This document shows positions 23,690 through 36,960 of a DNA stretch of 64,000 bases, one piece after another. The notes under the pieces were generated by a model that made no database searches, was not told where the DNA came from, and saw only the letters and a program-made list of their open reading frames with translations. A program made the position numbers and the translations under genes. Each line of letters opens with the position of its first letter. Within the stretch, counting starts at the first letter, position 1. The stretch is from Lama glama. Taxonomy: Eukaryota. The stretch spans positions 26,104,001-26,168,000 of the forward strand of contig CM052816.1 of assembly GCA_028534125.1 (NCBI GenBank), given 5' to 3'.

Positions 23690-24830
23690 CCTCATGCTTC
23701 CCTTCAGCTGGGATATTTTGAAAGGGAAGATTTTTCAGAAGTGCCAGATATTAAGCTTAATTCCTGTTCTACATTAATGTAAGGCAGAGTGGATTTTTTT
23801 TTTCTTTCTTCCCATTGAAATATGTCCTGTGCCTTGCTTGACAAGCTGTTGTAAAATGTTTAGAGACATTTCTTGTCTGGAGGCTGAATGTCCTTCGGTT
23901 TGAGTCTGAGCTGGTAAACAGACCCACTTTTAACTTCTCCTCCCTACATAGCTGGGTGGGCATTTACTGCCGCTGTTTGTTTTGGAAAATCAGCCATAAA
24001 TCAGTGCTCATTTTCCATTTTTTTCTTACTGATGGAATTGCTGTAGGAAAGCAACGTGTCTCTCAAACTCTTAGAGCCTGCAGGATGAAAGCTGCATACC
24101 ATAAAAGTTGTTTTGACAGAAAACTGACCAAACATGACAATGGACAGAGGGGGGGATGACGAAAGGGAGGGGCAGAGAGAGTACGAGCTTGTCTGTTTTG
24201 AACTGAGGCATGCTCTCTCTCTTTTTCTTTGTTAAATTACTTTTTCATATGAAGGACACAGAGAGAATGGCCCCTACTGGCAGCCAGAAGGCAGAAAACA
24301 AACCCTTTGAAATTTCTAATTTGTTTATAGATGGTCCTCCAGGAGCCAGCTGGAAAATAATTTTGTCTGCCAGAGACAGTGAACAGCTACCCGAGGGTGT
24401 TGTGGTGAAAAAAATGACTCTCTAGTTTTGGTCCTTGAATGTCTTATTGTTCTGCGCTCAGCAGTTGTTCTGAAATTACTCATCTGGCAGAGAAAGAAAA
24501 TAAAAGACAAATCCCTCCTCTACACTCTGGCCTGAGTTTCTAGGAAAGTTACTTAAAAAAATTTTTTTTAATCTGACTTTAAACTGTGTGTCAGTTAATT
24601 TTAGAGTTACAGAAAGGTTTGTTAATCTTGTCTGCTGATAACATCTTTTCCTCTCAGAGGAAGGTTATTTTTGTGGCTACGTCCCAGATCAGTCACTTTA
24701 CCCTGTTCAGGAGGTAGAGTTTTCTCTCTGCGGTGTGCTAATAACAGTTGCATTGCTTTTTGAGATAATACCACAGATCCTATAGGCCTCTCACTGGCAA
24801 GCCTAATCAGAGGGGGTTTCTGCATGTGGG
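23690..24830 (+). mobile_element. Decayed non-LTR RT (I/Jockey-like)
   Basis: LIPVLH (23757), CPVPCLTSCCKMF (23824, cf. RPIALTS..CK), LETFLVWRL, FDRKL..NG (24112), MLSLFFF (24210), ISNLFIDG (24312), DFKL (24575), VEFLSAVC (24714). Confidence 0.55.
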
Positions 24831-25039
24831 TAAGACATGGATTTGGAGATAGTCAGGGCATCTCTGTTCTCCAACATAAGAGGGTTTCTGGAAGTTTCCC
24901 CTTCAGTTTTGTTGTTTATGAAGTGGGGAATAGGATCACCTTTTCTGCATTTATGGTGAGGTTGTAGAGATACCCTCACACCTCGTTTAGATGAGAAGCA
25001 ATGTCTTCACGGAAATTTACATCACTGACTTGGAAGAGA

Positions 25040-25180
25040 ATGCCTCAAGCAGTCTTTTGTTTTACAGATTAGGAAATTGAGACCCTGTGACCTGGTGAGG
25101 GAGGCATAGCTGTTTCAAGCAGAGTTAAGTTTAGAACTCAGGTCTCAACTGTTAGCCCACTGCTGCTTCCACTATTTCTT
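25040..25180. mobile_element. MIR
   Basis: ttttacagattaggaaattgagaccc...agaactcaggtctc. Confidence 0.75.
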
Positions 25181-25399
25181 TCATTCTCATGGCATTGGCC
25201 GTGGAAATAATTTTAGGTTGTATGTCCATTTTACATGAATTTCTCTAAATCCATAGGTTTGACCCCTCCCTGTAATCTCAAGAGAGGGCTAACTATTTAC
25301 TGTCTGAAGCAGAAAGAGTCATCCTTGTGGGGCTATCCAATCACCTGCCTCTTTGTGCCTTTGTTTGAGGTGGCGAAAATTTCTAAAATAACACGACCG

Positions 25400-26320
25400 G
25401 GAAGACTGGTACAATCACAGCTTAGGATCTCCATCTTCTCCTGGACTCTCAGTGTTTCCTGATTACCCTTTGTTTGCCTAACATGCTCTTTTTTTCTGAA
25501 GCCTCCATTCTCCTTCAACTTCCTGTCCATCCTTGCAATTTCCTGCTAATTCTCATTCGGTGACCCCACTCTGTATTTTACAGAGAAGGTGGAAGCTATT
25601 AATGAATGTTTCCCTCAAACTCCTCAAACCCACACACTTACACCTCTTCTCATCTTCTTCGCCTTCATATTGCTGTGAAATAGGCATCCCTTCTCCCAAA
25701 TCAACGTTCCCTCTCTGCTGGCTTCTTTGTTCTTGTTCTCTGTGCTGTTTCAGCGATCTCAGTCTATTACTCATTGTGCCCTTTCTTTCTTGTATCTTTA
25801 ACTTTACTCTATTTGGTGGTTCTTTCCAGTCTATGCTTAAGCCACTTCCACTGACCTCCCCCCCATAAATTTATTTTATTACCTCCAATATGCCTTGCTT
25901 TTTCTATCTCTTTCAGTCAGCAAAGATTTACTGAACCTTTACTATGTGCTAGTGCAAGATACTCACTTGTAAGTCTCTCTCTGTGCTGTTGCCTGTATGT
26001 TTCCTTTGCCTTCACTCTTTCTTTGCTTCTCCCTCCTTTTAATGTAGCTAAATCTCATTCCTTATCTTGGACTTTGACTGGAAAGTCTTCCCTGATACCC
26101 TTTATGTTAAGAATTCCTGCTCTGTGCTTCCAGGGTACCTGGAGTGTCTTCTGTGGCAGTGCTCACTGCTTTCTTTTGTAATAGCTTGTTTAATTATTCA
26201 CTTCCACACTGATTGTTCGGGTAGAAGGGCACAGACTGTTACCTGCATTGTTCACTATGTCTGTGTTGTCTCAGACAGAGGAGAGGCTTAGTAAATATTT
26301 ATTGAATTAATAGACAAGTG
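25400..26320 (+). mobile_element. L2 fragments
   Basis: Pyrimidine-rich L2 text ending gcttagtaaatatttattgaattaat. Confidence 0.7.
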
Positions 26321-26379
26321 AGTATTTTCAAAGTTTGAAGAGAGAATGTACATTAGATTATCAATAGTAATTGATATCA

Positions 26380-27150
26380 TTGCACTGATGATAATAAGGT
26401 AACATGCTTCTTACTCAAGGATTTAAGGAAAGCTATGTTTAAATTTTGCCCTTTCATTCTGGGGATCTTTAGAACATCCCCAGAAAGACCTGGCACAAGG
26501 GAAGGGTGAGAAGAGATCATTTGTTGACCTGGCACATTTATAAATGTCTGCAGATGGCCCCAAACGAGCCCCACACTGACATAGTCCAGGGAGAGCCATG
26601 GTGGGTGGTGTCCTTCTTTTCTTTAGTACCAGGAGCTAAAGACTCACAGAACACTTCTGTGGGCATGAGGTCCATGTCTCACCTCTGCCTCAGGTACCTG
26701 GGGGGAACAGAGAGAACGGGAAAGGAAAAGAGAAAAGTAGAAAGGGAGCGCAGATATGGACTGATTGTAGAAGTTTTGCAAACTATATGTTTTCATTCTT
26801 TATAGCTTAATTTCATAGCCTAATGGGCAGTAGCATGTCCAACCTGGGACAAAAGGTAAAGCAACATTCATGGCAAGGTTGCTAAATGCAAGTTCTTATT
26901 AGTATAGAATCATGTAAAGGAGCAAGAATAAGAAGCGACAGAGAATAACTTTATAACAGCACAAAGTTAATGAGCACAGGAATAAAAGGCTCAAGGCTAA
27001 AAGGCAAAACTTAATATTTGTGTAAGGGATAGCATGGTGATCATTAATAAGACTGATAATACATCATTAATGGGATCAGAGCTAGCAAAGTAGCAAGGAT
27101 TCCAACATGATTATTCTATTAGGTTATTTATAATCTGTGGCTATTGTAAA
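26380..27150 (+). mobile_element. Decayed non-LTR RT fragment
   Basis: DLRKA (26421), IVQGEP (26581), LNFIA*WA..AKCKFL (26806-26897), E*KAQG (cf. EYKYLG), IPT*LFY..LW (27099). Confidence 0.45.
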
Positions 27151-27209
27151 AAAAAAAAGAGTCCCCCGGAAATATTCACATATCAAATCTGATGGCAGAT
27201 CAGATTTAA

Positions 27210-27410
27210 TCAAAGCCATCCTGTTTGTTGAGTTTCATCATATGTCGTAAACTGTGCTAAAACCTTATAAACATTATTGGATTTAGTCTTCACATCAATC
27301 TGAAAGTAGATACTCTTATTCCCATTTCACATACTGACTAGTCAGTGTGTAGGTGGAAATTATGACTCCACAGCCTGTCTCCTGAAGGGCTGTGCTATCC
27401 AGGCACCCTC
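27210..27410. mobile_element. MIR
   Basis: cttcacatcaatctgaaagtagatactcttattcccatttcaca. Confidence 0.7.
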
Positions 27411-28844
27411 CTAATTGACATACATTTAATTCTCTTACTAAGGATCTCAGAGCACATTTCAAACTGTAGGATTCAAACCTCACTGAAATAAAACCATCTA
27501 GATTGTAGAAAAGTCTTTTTCTCAACATGACACATGTTGGGTGGGCTTGATGGGGTGTATATGAGGATAAGGAAAGAGACCAAAAGTAAACTCTTTCCTT
27601 CTCACCCTAAGTCCATGGGTCCCCAGTGGAATGATTTGGTGTGCTTTGATGAACCACTTTTCCTAATGTGTCACCTGCAATTTATAGCATCACTTAAAAA
27701 AATAGGGCAATATTACTAGAAGGTCTTGAATGGATAATAACTTTAAGCTAGCAATTAAAAAACACTTTGAGAGAGGTCTCTGTGTCTCATTTTCAAATAG
27801 ACATTGGGCCATCATTTAAAGAATGAGATGGAAATGTCAATTCTGGCAAGACATATTAACATATATGCTAGACAAATAAACAGCAAAATAAAATGCAAAG
27901 AAATAAGTACCATGCTTGATATTGTAGCGGGGGTTGATTAAGCTGGCCCTTCTACCATCCCTTCCCCTTTCGCTGGTGATACAGTTTCTCTTTCTTGTAG
28001 GGAATCCATTTTGTCCATGACTCTGAGTTTATCAACCTCAACTGTAAGTCCAAGACTGAGACTTAGCCATTTGGAGAGAAAGTACTTCATCCTCACATCT
28101 CTCATCTCATCCTGGATTCACTCAGGAATGGGCATGGGACTCAAGCGAAACCAATCCCATTCTCTTTCTTGTGAATTTGAGTCTTGAGGGAATTGGCACA
28201 GGTTGGAGGCATTGTTTCTTTCTGACAGCAATGCTCTTGAGAGATGCCCCATTACTCCCTACCATCAGTATTCATATACCTACTCTGTTTTTCTCCTTCC
28301 GGATCCCTGATGGTCCATTTCCTCCTGAGAGGCTGTGAGTGACTTTGAGTTCATTGCTTAATTTATCTTGTGTAATTGTATCTTCCTTTTACCCCTTTAT
28401 TGTTGTGAACTAGAGATGTTTTTGTTGTTTATAACCAGAAGACCCTGACTGATGTACAAATTGGTATGAGGAGTGGGGTGTAGCAGATAGCAAAAGCTAC
28501 AAGATAAGATTGGCTGAATAATGGTGGGTTGGGACCAGGGAGGACTCTCCCAGTTCTGACTGAGAGGTTGGCGATACTCCTTACGTGGCAGCAAAACAAA
28601 TTCTTACAATGTTGTTGTTCCTTGATACAGGATAAACCTACTAAAACTGTAATTTTGGAAGGATTTGTGGGAAAATGTGAGACTCTTGGAATTTGTTGAT
28701 TACTTTTTTAAATGAATGAACTTAATTCATTTAATTCTTAGAGCAATTTTAGGTCCACAGCACTAGTGAGCAGAAGGTATAGAGCGTTCCCCCTGTACCC
28801 CAAAATATATAATATCCTGCTCTGGACTACTTTTTAAGATTTTT

Positions 28845-28992
28845 TTTTAGACTTTTTTTTTTAAAGTATAGTAGGTTAATGTGTCAATTTCTGGTGTACA
28901 GCATAATGTTTCTGTCATACATATACATACATATATTCATTTTCATATTTTTTTTCATTATTGGTTACTACAAGATACTGAATATAGTATTC
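28845..28992 (-). mobile_element. Short lineage-specific L1 3' end
   Basis: polyT plus gtgtcaatttctggtgtacagcataatg...ttactacaagatactgaatatagt. Confidence 0.85.
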
Positions 28993-29246
28993 TAAGAAAG
29001 GTACCAGCGAGGGTCTAAGATAAAGCATCTGAAAGCGACAGGAGAGGAGACAGCACTGCTGTAAGAACACTTTCAGTTGAGAGCTATGAGGATGGACTGT
29101 CATGGAGGCCCCTCACTAAGAGACAGAAGTAGAAAGTGTAACCCTAACCTGATTCAGAGATCAGGCCTGGACAACTTCTCTGACTTCAATTGTCAGTCTG
29201 TAGATTCTTCCACAAAGTTAATTGTGCAGTGGCCAAGTGAAGTTTT

Positions 29247-29401
29247 GTTGTTATTGAAGAATAGTCGATTTATAGTGTCCTGTTAGTTTCTGCTATACAG
29301 CATAGTGATTCAGTAATATATACATAATATTCTTTTTCATTATAGGTTATTACAAGGTACTGAATATAGTCCCCTGTGCTCTCCAGGAGAACCTTGTTTT
29401 C

Positions 29402-29437
<36 letters not shown>

Positions 29438-29647
29438 ATTTTTTATATATAGTAGTGGGTATCTGCAAATCCTGACTCCTAATTTATCCCTCCTACCTCC
29501 TTTCCCCTTCGGTAACCATAAGTTTGTTTTTGATGTCTGTGAGTCTGTTTCTGTTTTGTAAATAAGTTCATTTGTGTCAATTTTTTTAGATTCCACATAT
29601 AAGTGATAGTATATGGTATTTGTGTTCCTCTGTCTGGACTTAAACTT
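29247..29647 (-). mobile_element. Lineage-specific L1 3' end with (TG)n
   Basis: ggtaaccataagtttgttttt...aaataagttcatttgtgtc; TSD caagtgaagtttt at 29234-29246 and 29648-29660. Confidence 0.9.
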
Positions 29648-30204
29648 CAAGTGAAGTTTTAAGGTGTTTATTTTGCAAGGTCTGGGCCTGCAATTTTCCG
29701 CTGACCCAAATTTAGTAAATAAGAATTGGGCTGCTATGGCAGTGAAGCCCCCAGGTAAAGAATGTTCTTCAGGACTTCTCTCATATTCTCATGATTATGA
29801 GGAGCAGTGGGCATGGATGATATTCCCAGAGGATGGAATTGGAGTAGTTAGATTAACTGACCAAGGAGGCCACTTTACTGCCTGGGTAGAGATCTTTGCC
29901 TTCCCTGTCTGGCAGGATATCATATAAGTTTGGGGGCAGTAACCATAGTAGGTAGTTTCTAAGTAGTAGTTTTTGGTATATTTATCTTGTTTTACCTTCA
30001 TCACTATGTATGGAGTGCATTGCGGGGTTAATTGCACTGAAGGCTATAGCATTAAGGACCTCACTTGCTTTGACTGAGACCAGAAGTCCTGAATGTGGAG
30101 CTAGACATAGAAATTGGGCAAATTCTTGGATTGTCTCTTTTGAATACTGTGCTTTTGGTTGTTAGTAGAAGGGTTGATAGTGAAATTGTTTCAGAAAGTG
30201 GGTT

Positions 30205-30743
30205 TTTTTCCCCCATTTAAAAAAATTGAAGTATAGTCAGTTTACAATGTTGTGTCAATTTCTGGCGCATAGCATAATGTTTCAGTCATACATATACATA
30301 TATTCCTTTTCATATTCTTTTTATTGCAAGTTACTACAAGGAATTGAATATAGTTCCTTATGCTATACAGTAGAAACTTGTTTATTTGTTTTATATGTAT
30401 TAGTTAGTATCTGCAAATCTCGAACTCCCAATTTATCCTTTCCTAACCCCTCCCCCAACTGGTTACCATAAGTTTGTTTTCTATGTCTGTATGTCTGTTT
30501 CTGTTCTGTAAATAAGTTCATTTGTGTGTTTTTTTTAGATGCCACATATAAGTGACATCCTGTGTTTTTTTTTCTTTCTCTTTCTGGCTTGTTTCACTTA
30601 GGATGACAATCTCCAGGTCCATCCATGTTGCTGCAAGTGGCAATATTTCATTCTTTCTTATGGCTGAGTAGTATTCCATTGTATGAATATACCACAACTT
30701 CTTTATCCAGTCATATGTTGATGGACATTTAGGTTGTTTCCAT
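30205..30743 (-). mobile_element. Lineage-specific L1 3' end
   Basis: ttgaagtatagtcagtttacaatgttgtgtcaatttctgg...ctccaggtccatccatgttgctgc. Confidence 0.92.
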
Positions 30744-31679
30744 GGAAGGTGTTTTTTTTTATCACGGTATGTGTGAGAAAAAGAGTGGTATAAATATTAG
30801 CCAGACTAGGGGTAGAATAACCATGGAAATCTGTGACCTTCCCTGCACTCCTTACTTCCTCTTTAAAGAATCTGATTTTCTATGGGGTAACCACTTTGTT
30901 TCATGCAGACTGACCATTGCCTCCTCTCCCAGAACCTTCTCCACAAATAGGCATGTATTACAGGGTGTTCAGTACTAAATGTCTCCTTTTCCCTAGTCAT
31001 AGTCACATGTGATGGAAGGCTGGCTAATTCGAACCCTCTGAGTGATGTTTCTGTTAGCACTATTGAAGAAAATGCTTTCTTTTTCACTAGAATTGCCAAA
31101 CCAGTAGGCTGTGAGTCTTCAGCTGCCCACAGCCACAGCCTGGCATGTGGAGAGAGCCTCTTGGAGGATTGGGGAGAAAGAGAGTGAGTGATTAAGCTGA
31201 AACCCTGCTTACCTAATTTTGAACCTGGGATAAAGTCATCTTCTTTTCCTAAGCTCGTTTGCATAGCATGCTGTCACACACATTACAAAGTATGAAGGAG
31301 CAGAGAAGTGTCAATACCTAGTCACCTCCCTGGGAGGTGGGGTGGGGGAGGGGATGCAAAGAAAATAAGACTTTGGAGATGAGTTTTGCAGGATGAGCAA
31401 GGGTTTTCCAGTCAGAGCATGAATGAAAAGGCACTCATGCAGAGGTCACAGCATGATGGAGGGCGGACTTCCAAGAATATGCACTGTACTGAGGGAATGG
31501 GCCTTCCAAACATCAGCACCTGGGCTGGAGAAACGGAGGGTAATTCTTGAAAGGTAACATGAGGGCTGCATTATGAAGGGTCTGTTTGCTATCTCAGTGG
31601 TTCCAGCTTCATCACATCGTCTTTGAGGGTATTTAGTAGAGCAACATGTTCCCACCAGAGGGGAGAGGCAGGCATGCTA

Positions 31680-31890
31680 GGAGGGTGGAAATCGTGGCTC
31701 TGTCACTTACTGTTCATGTGACTTTGGATGAATTCTTTAAAGTCTTAGTGCTTCCATTCCTTTATTTGTAAAATGGGGCTGATATTAATAGCATTAATAG
31801 CATTTATAGGTTTGTTATAAAGATTAAGTCAGTGTAAACACCTGTGTGGATGCTTGACATGCTAATTGTTTAATAGGGGTATTGTTATCT
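31680..31890. mobile_element. MIR
   Basis: ggctctgtcacttactgttcatgtgactttggatga...tgtaaaatggggctgata. Confidence 0.85.
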
Positions 31891-32619
31891 GTGATTTAGA
31901 AATAGAAGTCTGGGGAGAGAATTGCAGATTTGGGTAGGAGGGGAGGTGGGAGGGAAAATACTGATTATTTGTGTCATCCCTTTAACGTGGGTTAGTTCTC
32001 AGCCTTGATAACTGTCCCCTAGCAGACAGGTCCCAGGAGAATAGGATGTAGGACTAGCTTGTTTGGGTAGGAAATTGGGAACAGGATAAAAAATCAGGTT
32101 TAGGGCATGTGATGTGACCTGGAAATTAGATGTGGGTGCACTTCTCAGGTTGAGGGGCTTGAGTGGCCAGGGAATGGCCTGAGATCACTGATGAATTAGG
32201 GGAAATGACCGTGGTTAGGGGGAGAGACTCAGAGTCTAGCAACCCTGGGGAAAGCTTTGCGTACAGATTGTCTTGACTGTGGCCTATCACTGGGAGAGTC
32301 TTTGAAGATGTGAAGGAGAACTCTTCAATTGAAACTGCAGGCAAGGGTCTGCAGGAGGCCAGAGCAATAGCTTAGAGGGCAAGGGGCCAGACTGTTCAGT
32401 TAGCACCATAGGGGGAAGTTCCGTAGGATCCTTAATAATCACAACTAGTCAGGGATTCCATTTGATGCCCTATCACCCAGAACACAGGTTTAGCAAACAC
32501 GTTCGCCCTAGATGTCAGCAGCAGGACAGGCAAAGCCCCTGAGTACCACTACCAGGCTTAAAGCTAAGGCAGAGAATAATGTAAAGGCCCAGAAATATAA
32601 GGAGAAAGGAAAGAAGGAA

Positions 32620-33100
32620 GGGGCTGTGTAAGAGCATAGAAACCTGACCTCAGATCCAAGCTCTGACAATTCCTAGCTGTTTGATCCTAAATAAGCTGCT
32701 TATTTAACTGCATCTTAGGAAGAACTAGTCTGTCTGGGTCATTATTACATTCTCAGTGTCTGGAACAGAACTGCTCTATACCAAGCATGTGATAATTATC
32801 TGTTGAATCAATATTACCGTAAAATGAGATCTTATAAAATTAAGTGAGCAAATAGTAATAGTTAATGTTTTTGGAATGCTTACTGGGCATCAGGCAGTAT
32901 TTTGAGTGCTCTGCATTTGCTAATTCATTGAATTCTCAGGAAATCCTGTGAAGTAGGTAAGATAATCATCTTCCTAGATGGGTAAATTGGGGCAAAGAGA
33001 GAAGGAAGACATTGCACAGAATCACAAAGCTAGAAACGAACAGAACCAACTTTTTTTCCTAGATAGTTTGGCTCTAGAACCTAAGCTCTTAACCACGATA
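32620..33100. mobile_element. MIR/L2 fragment cluster
   Basis: MIR cores in both orientations plus an L2 tail (ctgttgaatcaat). Confidence 0.7.
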
Positions 33101-33599
33101 GTTTATGGACTCTCAATGCAAATATTTTAATTGCCTACCTAATGTCCCATTCTCCTATCTTTTGATAACTACCCAAAGTTTTATTCAGCTATTTAAAACC
33201 TCCCTCATGTAAAGTCCTTGTGCTTTGGTAAAAGTAGCAAGTGTGTCAAGTCTAAAGTAGTAAACATAGTCCCCTTCCCTGCACATGATGAATAGCTGAG
33301 AGTCAGCACATGACTCAGTTTAGGCCAGTGATACTGGAGAAGATACTGGATATCTTCTTGGGGTTTCCAGGAAAGGGCCTTCCTGACTTTCTGATTTCAT
33401 TTTAGAGCTTCTGGAAGCAAGTCCTCCCCGCCTGCCCTTCTCTCTCTGTGCAGCTGTTTTGTGGCCGTGAAAGGGAGTTGGGCTTAGACTGAGGCTGACA
33501 CACTAGAAGGCAGAGGAGTCAGAGAATTTTTAATGATGTCACTGAGCCACCCAACCAAACCCTAACTTGTTTTTGCCAAATACAGTACAAAACCTTTTT

Positions 33600-34050
33600 T
33601 ATTCCTCAACCATTTGTAAGTTGCCCACGTGATGTCAAATGAATACGTTAGAATTTATTTTTGTGCAAACCAGGATATTCTCCTGAATAACCAAAGTAGA
33701 ACTATCAGAATTAGTATAGTAACCTTCATTGAATATTTTCATCTTATCCTCAAACTCCAGTAGTTTTGTTAATTGTCCCAATAATGGTGTTCATAGCAAA
33801 ATAATCCAGTCCAGAATTTTGCACTGCATTTAGTTTTCATGTCTCTCTGCCTCTTTCAGTCTAGAGCCATTCCTCAGTCCTTTACTTTCATGCTCTTGAC
33901 ACTTGAGAAGATTACTTGCCAGTGATTTTGTAGACTGTCCCTCAATCTGGGTTGTCTAGTGTCTGCTCGTGATTAGACTTAGGTTATGCATCTTTGGCAA
34001 GAATATCCCAGAAGTGAGGCCGTGTTCTTATTGCACCCATTTAGGGGTGC
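33600..34050 (-). mobile_element. Old L1 3'UTR (L1MC-like)
   Basis: attttgtagactgtccctcaatctgggttgtct...gtgattagacttaggttatgcatctttggcaagaat. Confidence 0.85.
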
Positions 34051-34674
34051 ATAATGTCCACATAGATGCTGTCCTCACCTCAATCAGATTCCACACCCCA
34101 CAGCAGGTCATTCCACTACCGACTGTGAACTCCCTTGTTACCTTGCTCAGGCATCAACACTCTCTGGGCTGCCTCAGCTCCCATGTCCCCTCCCTACACA
34201 TTACACCTACTTTGCTCAAGTCCTGCCTGTTGGCTTTTGGACTAGATTGTTTAGGAACAAAAAGGAAGGGAAAGAAGGGTTAAGAAGAGGGAAGAAATAA
34301 AAGATGGTGAAGAAGAGGAAGAGTCACTTTGAAGCCCACCCCGTACCTCTTGATTTTCAATTATAGTACAACTGATGGTCTTTAGAGTGTAAGCCAGTAC
34401 AAGTATGTTTTGTTTGTTCCTTTCTTTTATTCCTTGCAAACTAGTGACCAATATAGAAAGCTGATGATGAATAGTAGGCAAACAATAGATGGAAGCTATT
34501 GATGTGGTAGTGATTCAGTTGCAGAAAGGCATTAAACTTGGAACCATGAGGCTGGAGTTTAACCCATGAAATAGCTGTGCCACATTGGAGAAGACATCTA
34601 CATTATTAAAGCCCAGGCTTCTAATATATAACTTTGGATAATAATTCCTATTTTATGAATTGCTTCTTAAGCTG

Positions 34675-35120
34675 CTATTAGGGGTTGAAATGTCACCTTC
34701 CCCCCCAAATATATTGAAGTCCATCCTCCATACCTCAGAATGCAGAATGTGACTTCGTTGGAGTCCAGAGTCATTGCAGATATAATCAGTTAAGATGAGG
34801 TCATACTGGACTAGGGTGAGTCCCTGATCTAATAAGACTGATGTTCTAAGAAGATGGCCATGTGACCACAGAAATACAGGGAGAATGCATGTGAATGTGG
34901 AGGCAATTTGGAGTGATGCACCTACCAGCTGAGGAATGCCAGGTATTGTTGATCATCACCTGAAGATGGGAGAGAACGGTGGAACACATTCTCCTCAGAT
35001 CTCTTAGAAAGAACCAGCTCTGCCAACACCTTGATCTTGGACTTCCAGACACCAGAACTGCAAGAGAAAAAAATTCTGTTGTTTTCAGCCACCTACTCTG
35101 TGATGCTTTGTTACAGCCAC
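34675..35120 (+). mobile_element. MLT1 (B/C/D-like) solo LTR
   Basis: ttaagatgaggtcatactggactagggtgagtccct...gccaacaccttgatcttggacttccag...tttgttacagcc. Confidence 0.9.
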
Positions 35121-35779
35121 GTCTGCCCATCAGAGTTTATGGTTGGGAGATTTGTTCCTGCTGCATTTAATAAACTGAATGTTGTTAAGAAACTTTGTTT
35201 TTCCTGAGCATCTCACCTGTGTTTGGTTTTTGTTCATTGAACTACAAGGTTTACTTCTGTCACGTTGATCCTTGGTGAGATTTACCATAGAAGACAATCC
35301 ATCTCAAGCAGTCAACTTCCATTTCTCTACCGAGAAAGTAAAGCTTGAGATCCATCGGCTTACTGAGATCTTGGCAGGGATGGACCTTCCGTGTCTGCCA
35401 CAGTCATCTTGTAACCTGTTCTGTTGCTTCTACACTTCACCTTCCGGCAATCTCTCCATTCATGCTGCACATTCAAGGGTACAGAGCATTTCATGAATAT
35501 AGGCTTCAGTCTCCTGTCATGTCTCTTGGGTTTGTTTAAGCCCCAATTGGCACTGTTTCTTCATCATTATTTTTCATGGGTAATTTGTCTTTAAGGTACA
35601 TATATTTGGTTACCCAACTTTACATGAGCATTTCCCTCACACAGGTCATACAGTGCCTCTAACATGAGTGCTCTAAAATTTACCTTGAATTTTTGTCAGA
35701 GGCAAATTACACTCTAAACAGTTTCTCCTCAACTTCCTCCTTAGTACCCTCTCTGGTGAAATAAAGTCCTTTTTATTAC

Positions 35780-36960
35780 TGCTTGAATGTATTCACAATA
35801 CTTATGTTTCTTTACTTCAGGACTGAACTACTCCAGCCACCCAATTTTTCTTTCTGAGTTGCTTCTGATGATTTCCTCGATCATTCTCTTACTCTGCTGC
35901 CCCACAAAAATCTGCCCTTTTGCCATGCAAAGCTTAGTCTTTCAGCTTATTAGTTCTGGTAGCTAAAAAATAAAAGCCTATTTCTCTTGTCTGCCAGTTA
36001 GAGGGAGATATTTGTCCTCTGATGACAACTTGCAAAGTTCCTTTCCTCAGTGGTACATTGATTTAACATGCATACAGGGTTTTAAGTATAGACTTAGTAG
36101 TGCCTGTACATTTGGTTTCTGATAGCAGTATCTTACAACTCACCTGGTTTGGAAAAGTCTTCAACTGCAGGAATTAAAATGACTATGTTTTTTACAGCAG
36201 AAAATACATCTAATAAAAATCAGCTGGTTCCCCTACTTTGTCAAGCAGAGAATAATACTGCTATAAATCAAAATAATCATATAATTGATTTTTCCCTACT
36301 AATATTAAAATCAATTATCTGTTTTAGTCATGGCTTTTTATCCAATTTGGAATAGTCATTGATACTTACTAGGTACTTGCCATGTATTAGGTATTTGTCT
36401 AGTTGTTTTACCTGTGCTAATTTACTTTGTATAATCCTAGGAGGTAGGAGAGGTGATCAGCCCCCTTCTACCATGCTGATCTGAGGCTAATAGAGGTTGA
36501 ATCAGTTATCCAGGTTCTTGGAGTGGGTGACAGAGACAGGATTGGAACCCAGGCACTCTGGCTTCAAGCCATTGCTTTAAGCTTTGTCGTGCACACTCAA
36601 CTGTTTGACTGCTCTCAAAAGCTATGGATTGATTCTTAGGCGTTGCATCTGATTCTTTTCCCTGTCCAAGCTTAGTTACTGTCTGAAGGCACATTTTGCT
36701 TAGCACTGATTTCACAGGCATTACATCTAGCTCCATGAAACTTTTCAGTTGAGCTGATTTAGGGTTAAGTAGTGCACTTTTCAGAAAAGTTTAGACAATG
36801 AACTTTATTTGGGCATGTTGCTCATCATTTAGTTTAAGTTTCAGCAATAGAGTTGCATCTCAACTTCACTAAAGATAAATTATTTTTTTGATCCAAAAGT
36901 TGTCTCTGTTGCTTGATAGATGTGTATGGGCTGATCCACATATTTTATCTGTCTTCACTC
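35780..36960 (+). mobile_element. Decayed RTE-X-like RT, split by a MIR at ~36350-36580
   Basis: K*KPISL (35968), IQGFK (36072), FFTAENTSNK (36188, cf. FLDA.KAFDK), SQALHLAP*NFSV (36712), VAHHLV*VS (36817, cf. YADDLVLLS), LSLLLDRCVWADPH (36900). Confidence 0.5.

Larger units (their letters stand above)
27922..31280 (+). mobile_element. MaLR element: MLT1 LTR (27922-28458), internal region, probable 3' LTR (~30817-31280)
   Basis: LTR end gttgtttataaccagaagaccctgactgatgtaca followed by the MaLR-int start aattggtatgaggagtggggtg; int-end-like gtatgtgtgagaaaaagag...agccagactaggggtaga before a second MLT1-like segment. Confidence 0.65.

Noticed and set aside
35272..35496. ORF with FSTEKVKLEIHRL..AGMD resembling an RT N-terminus
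   Set aside because: The DNA reads equally well as a decayed MIR core
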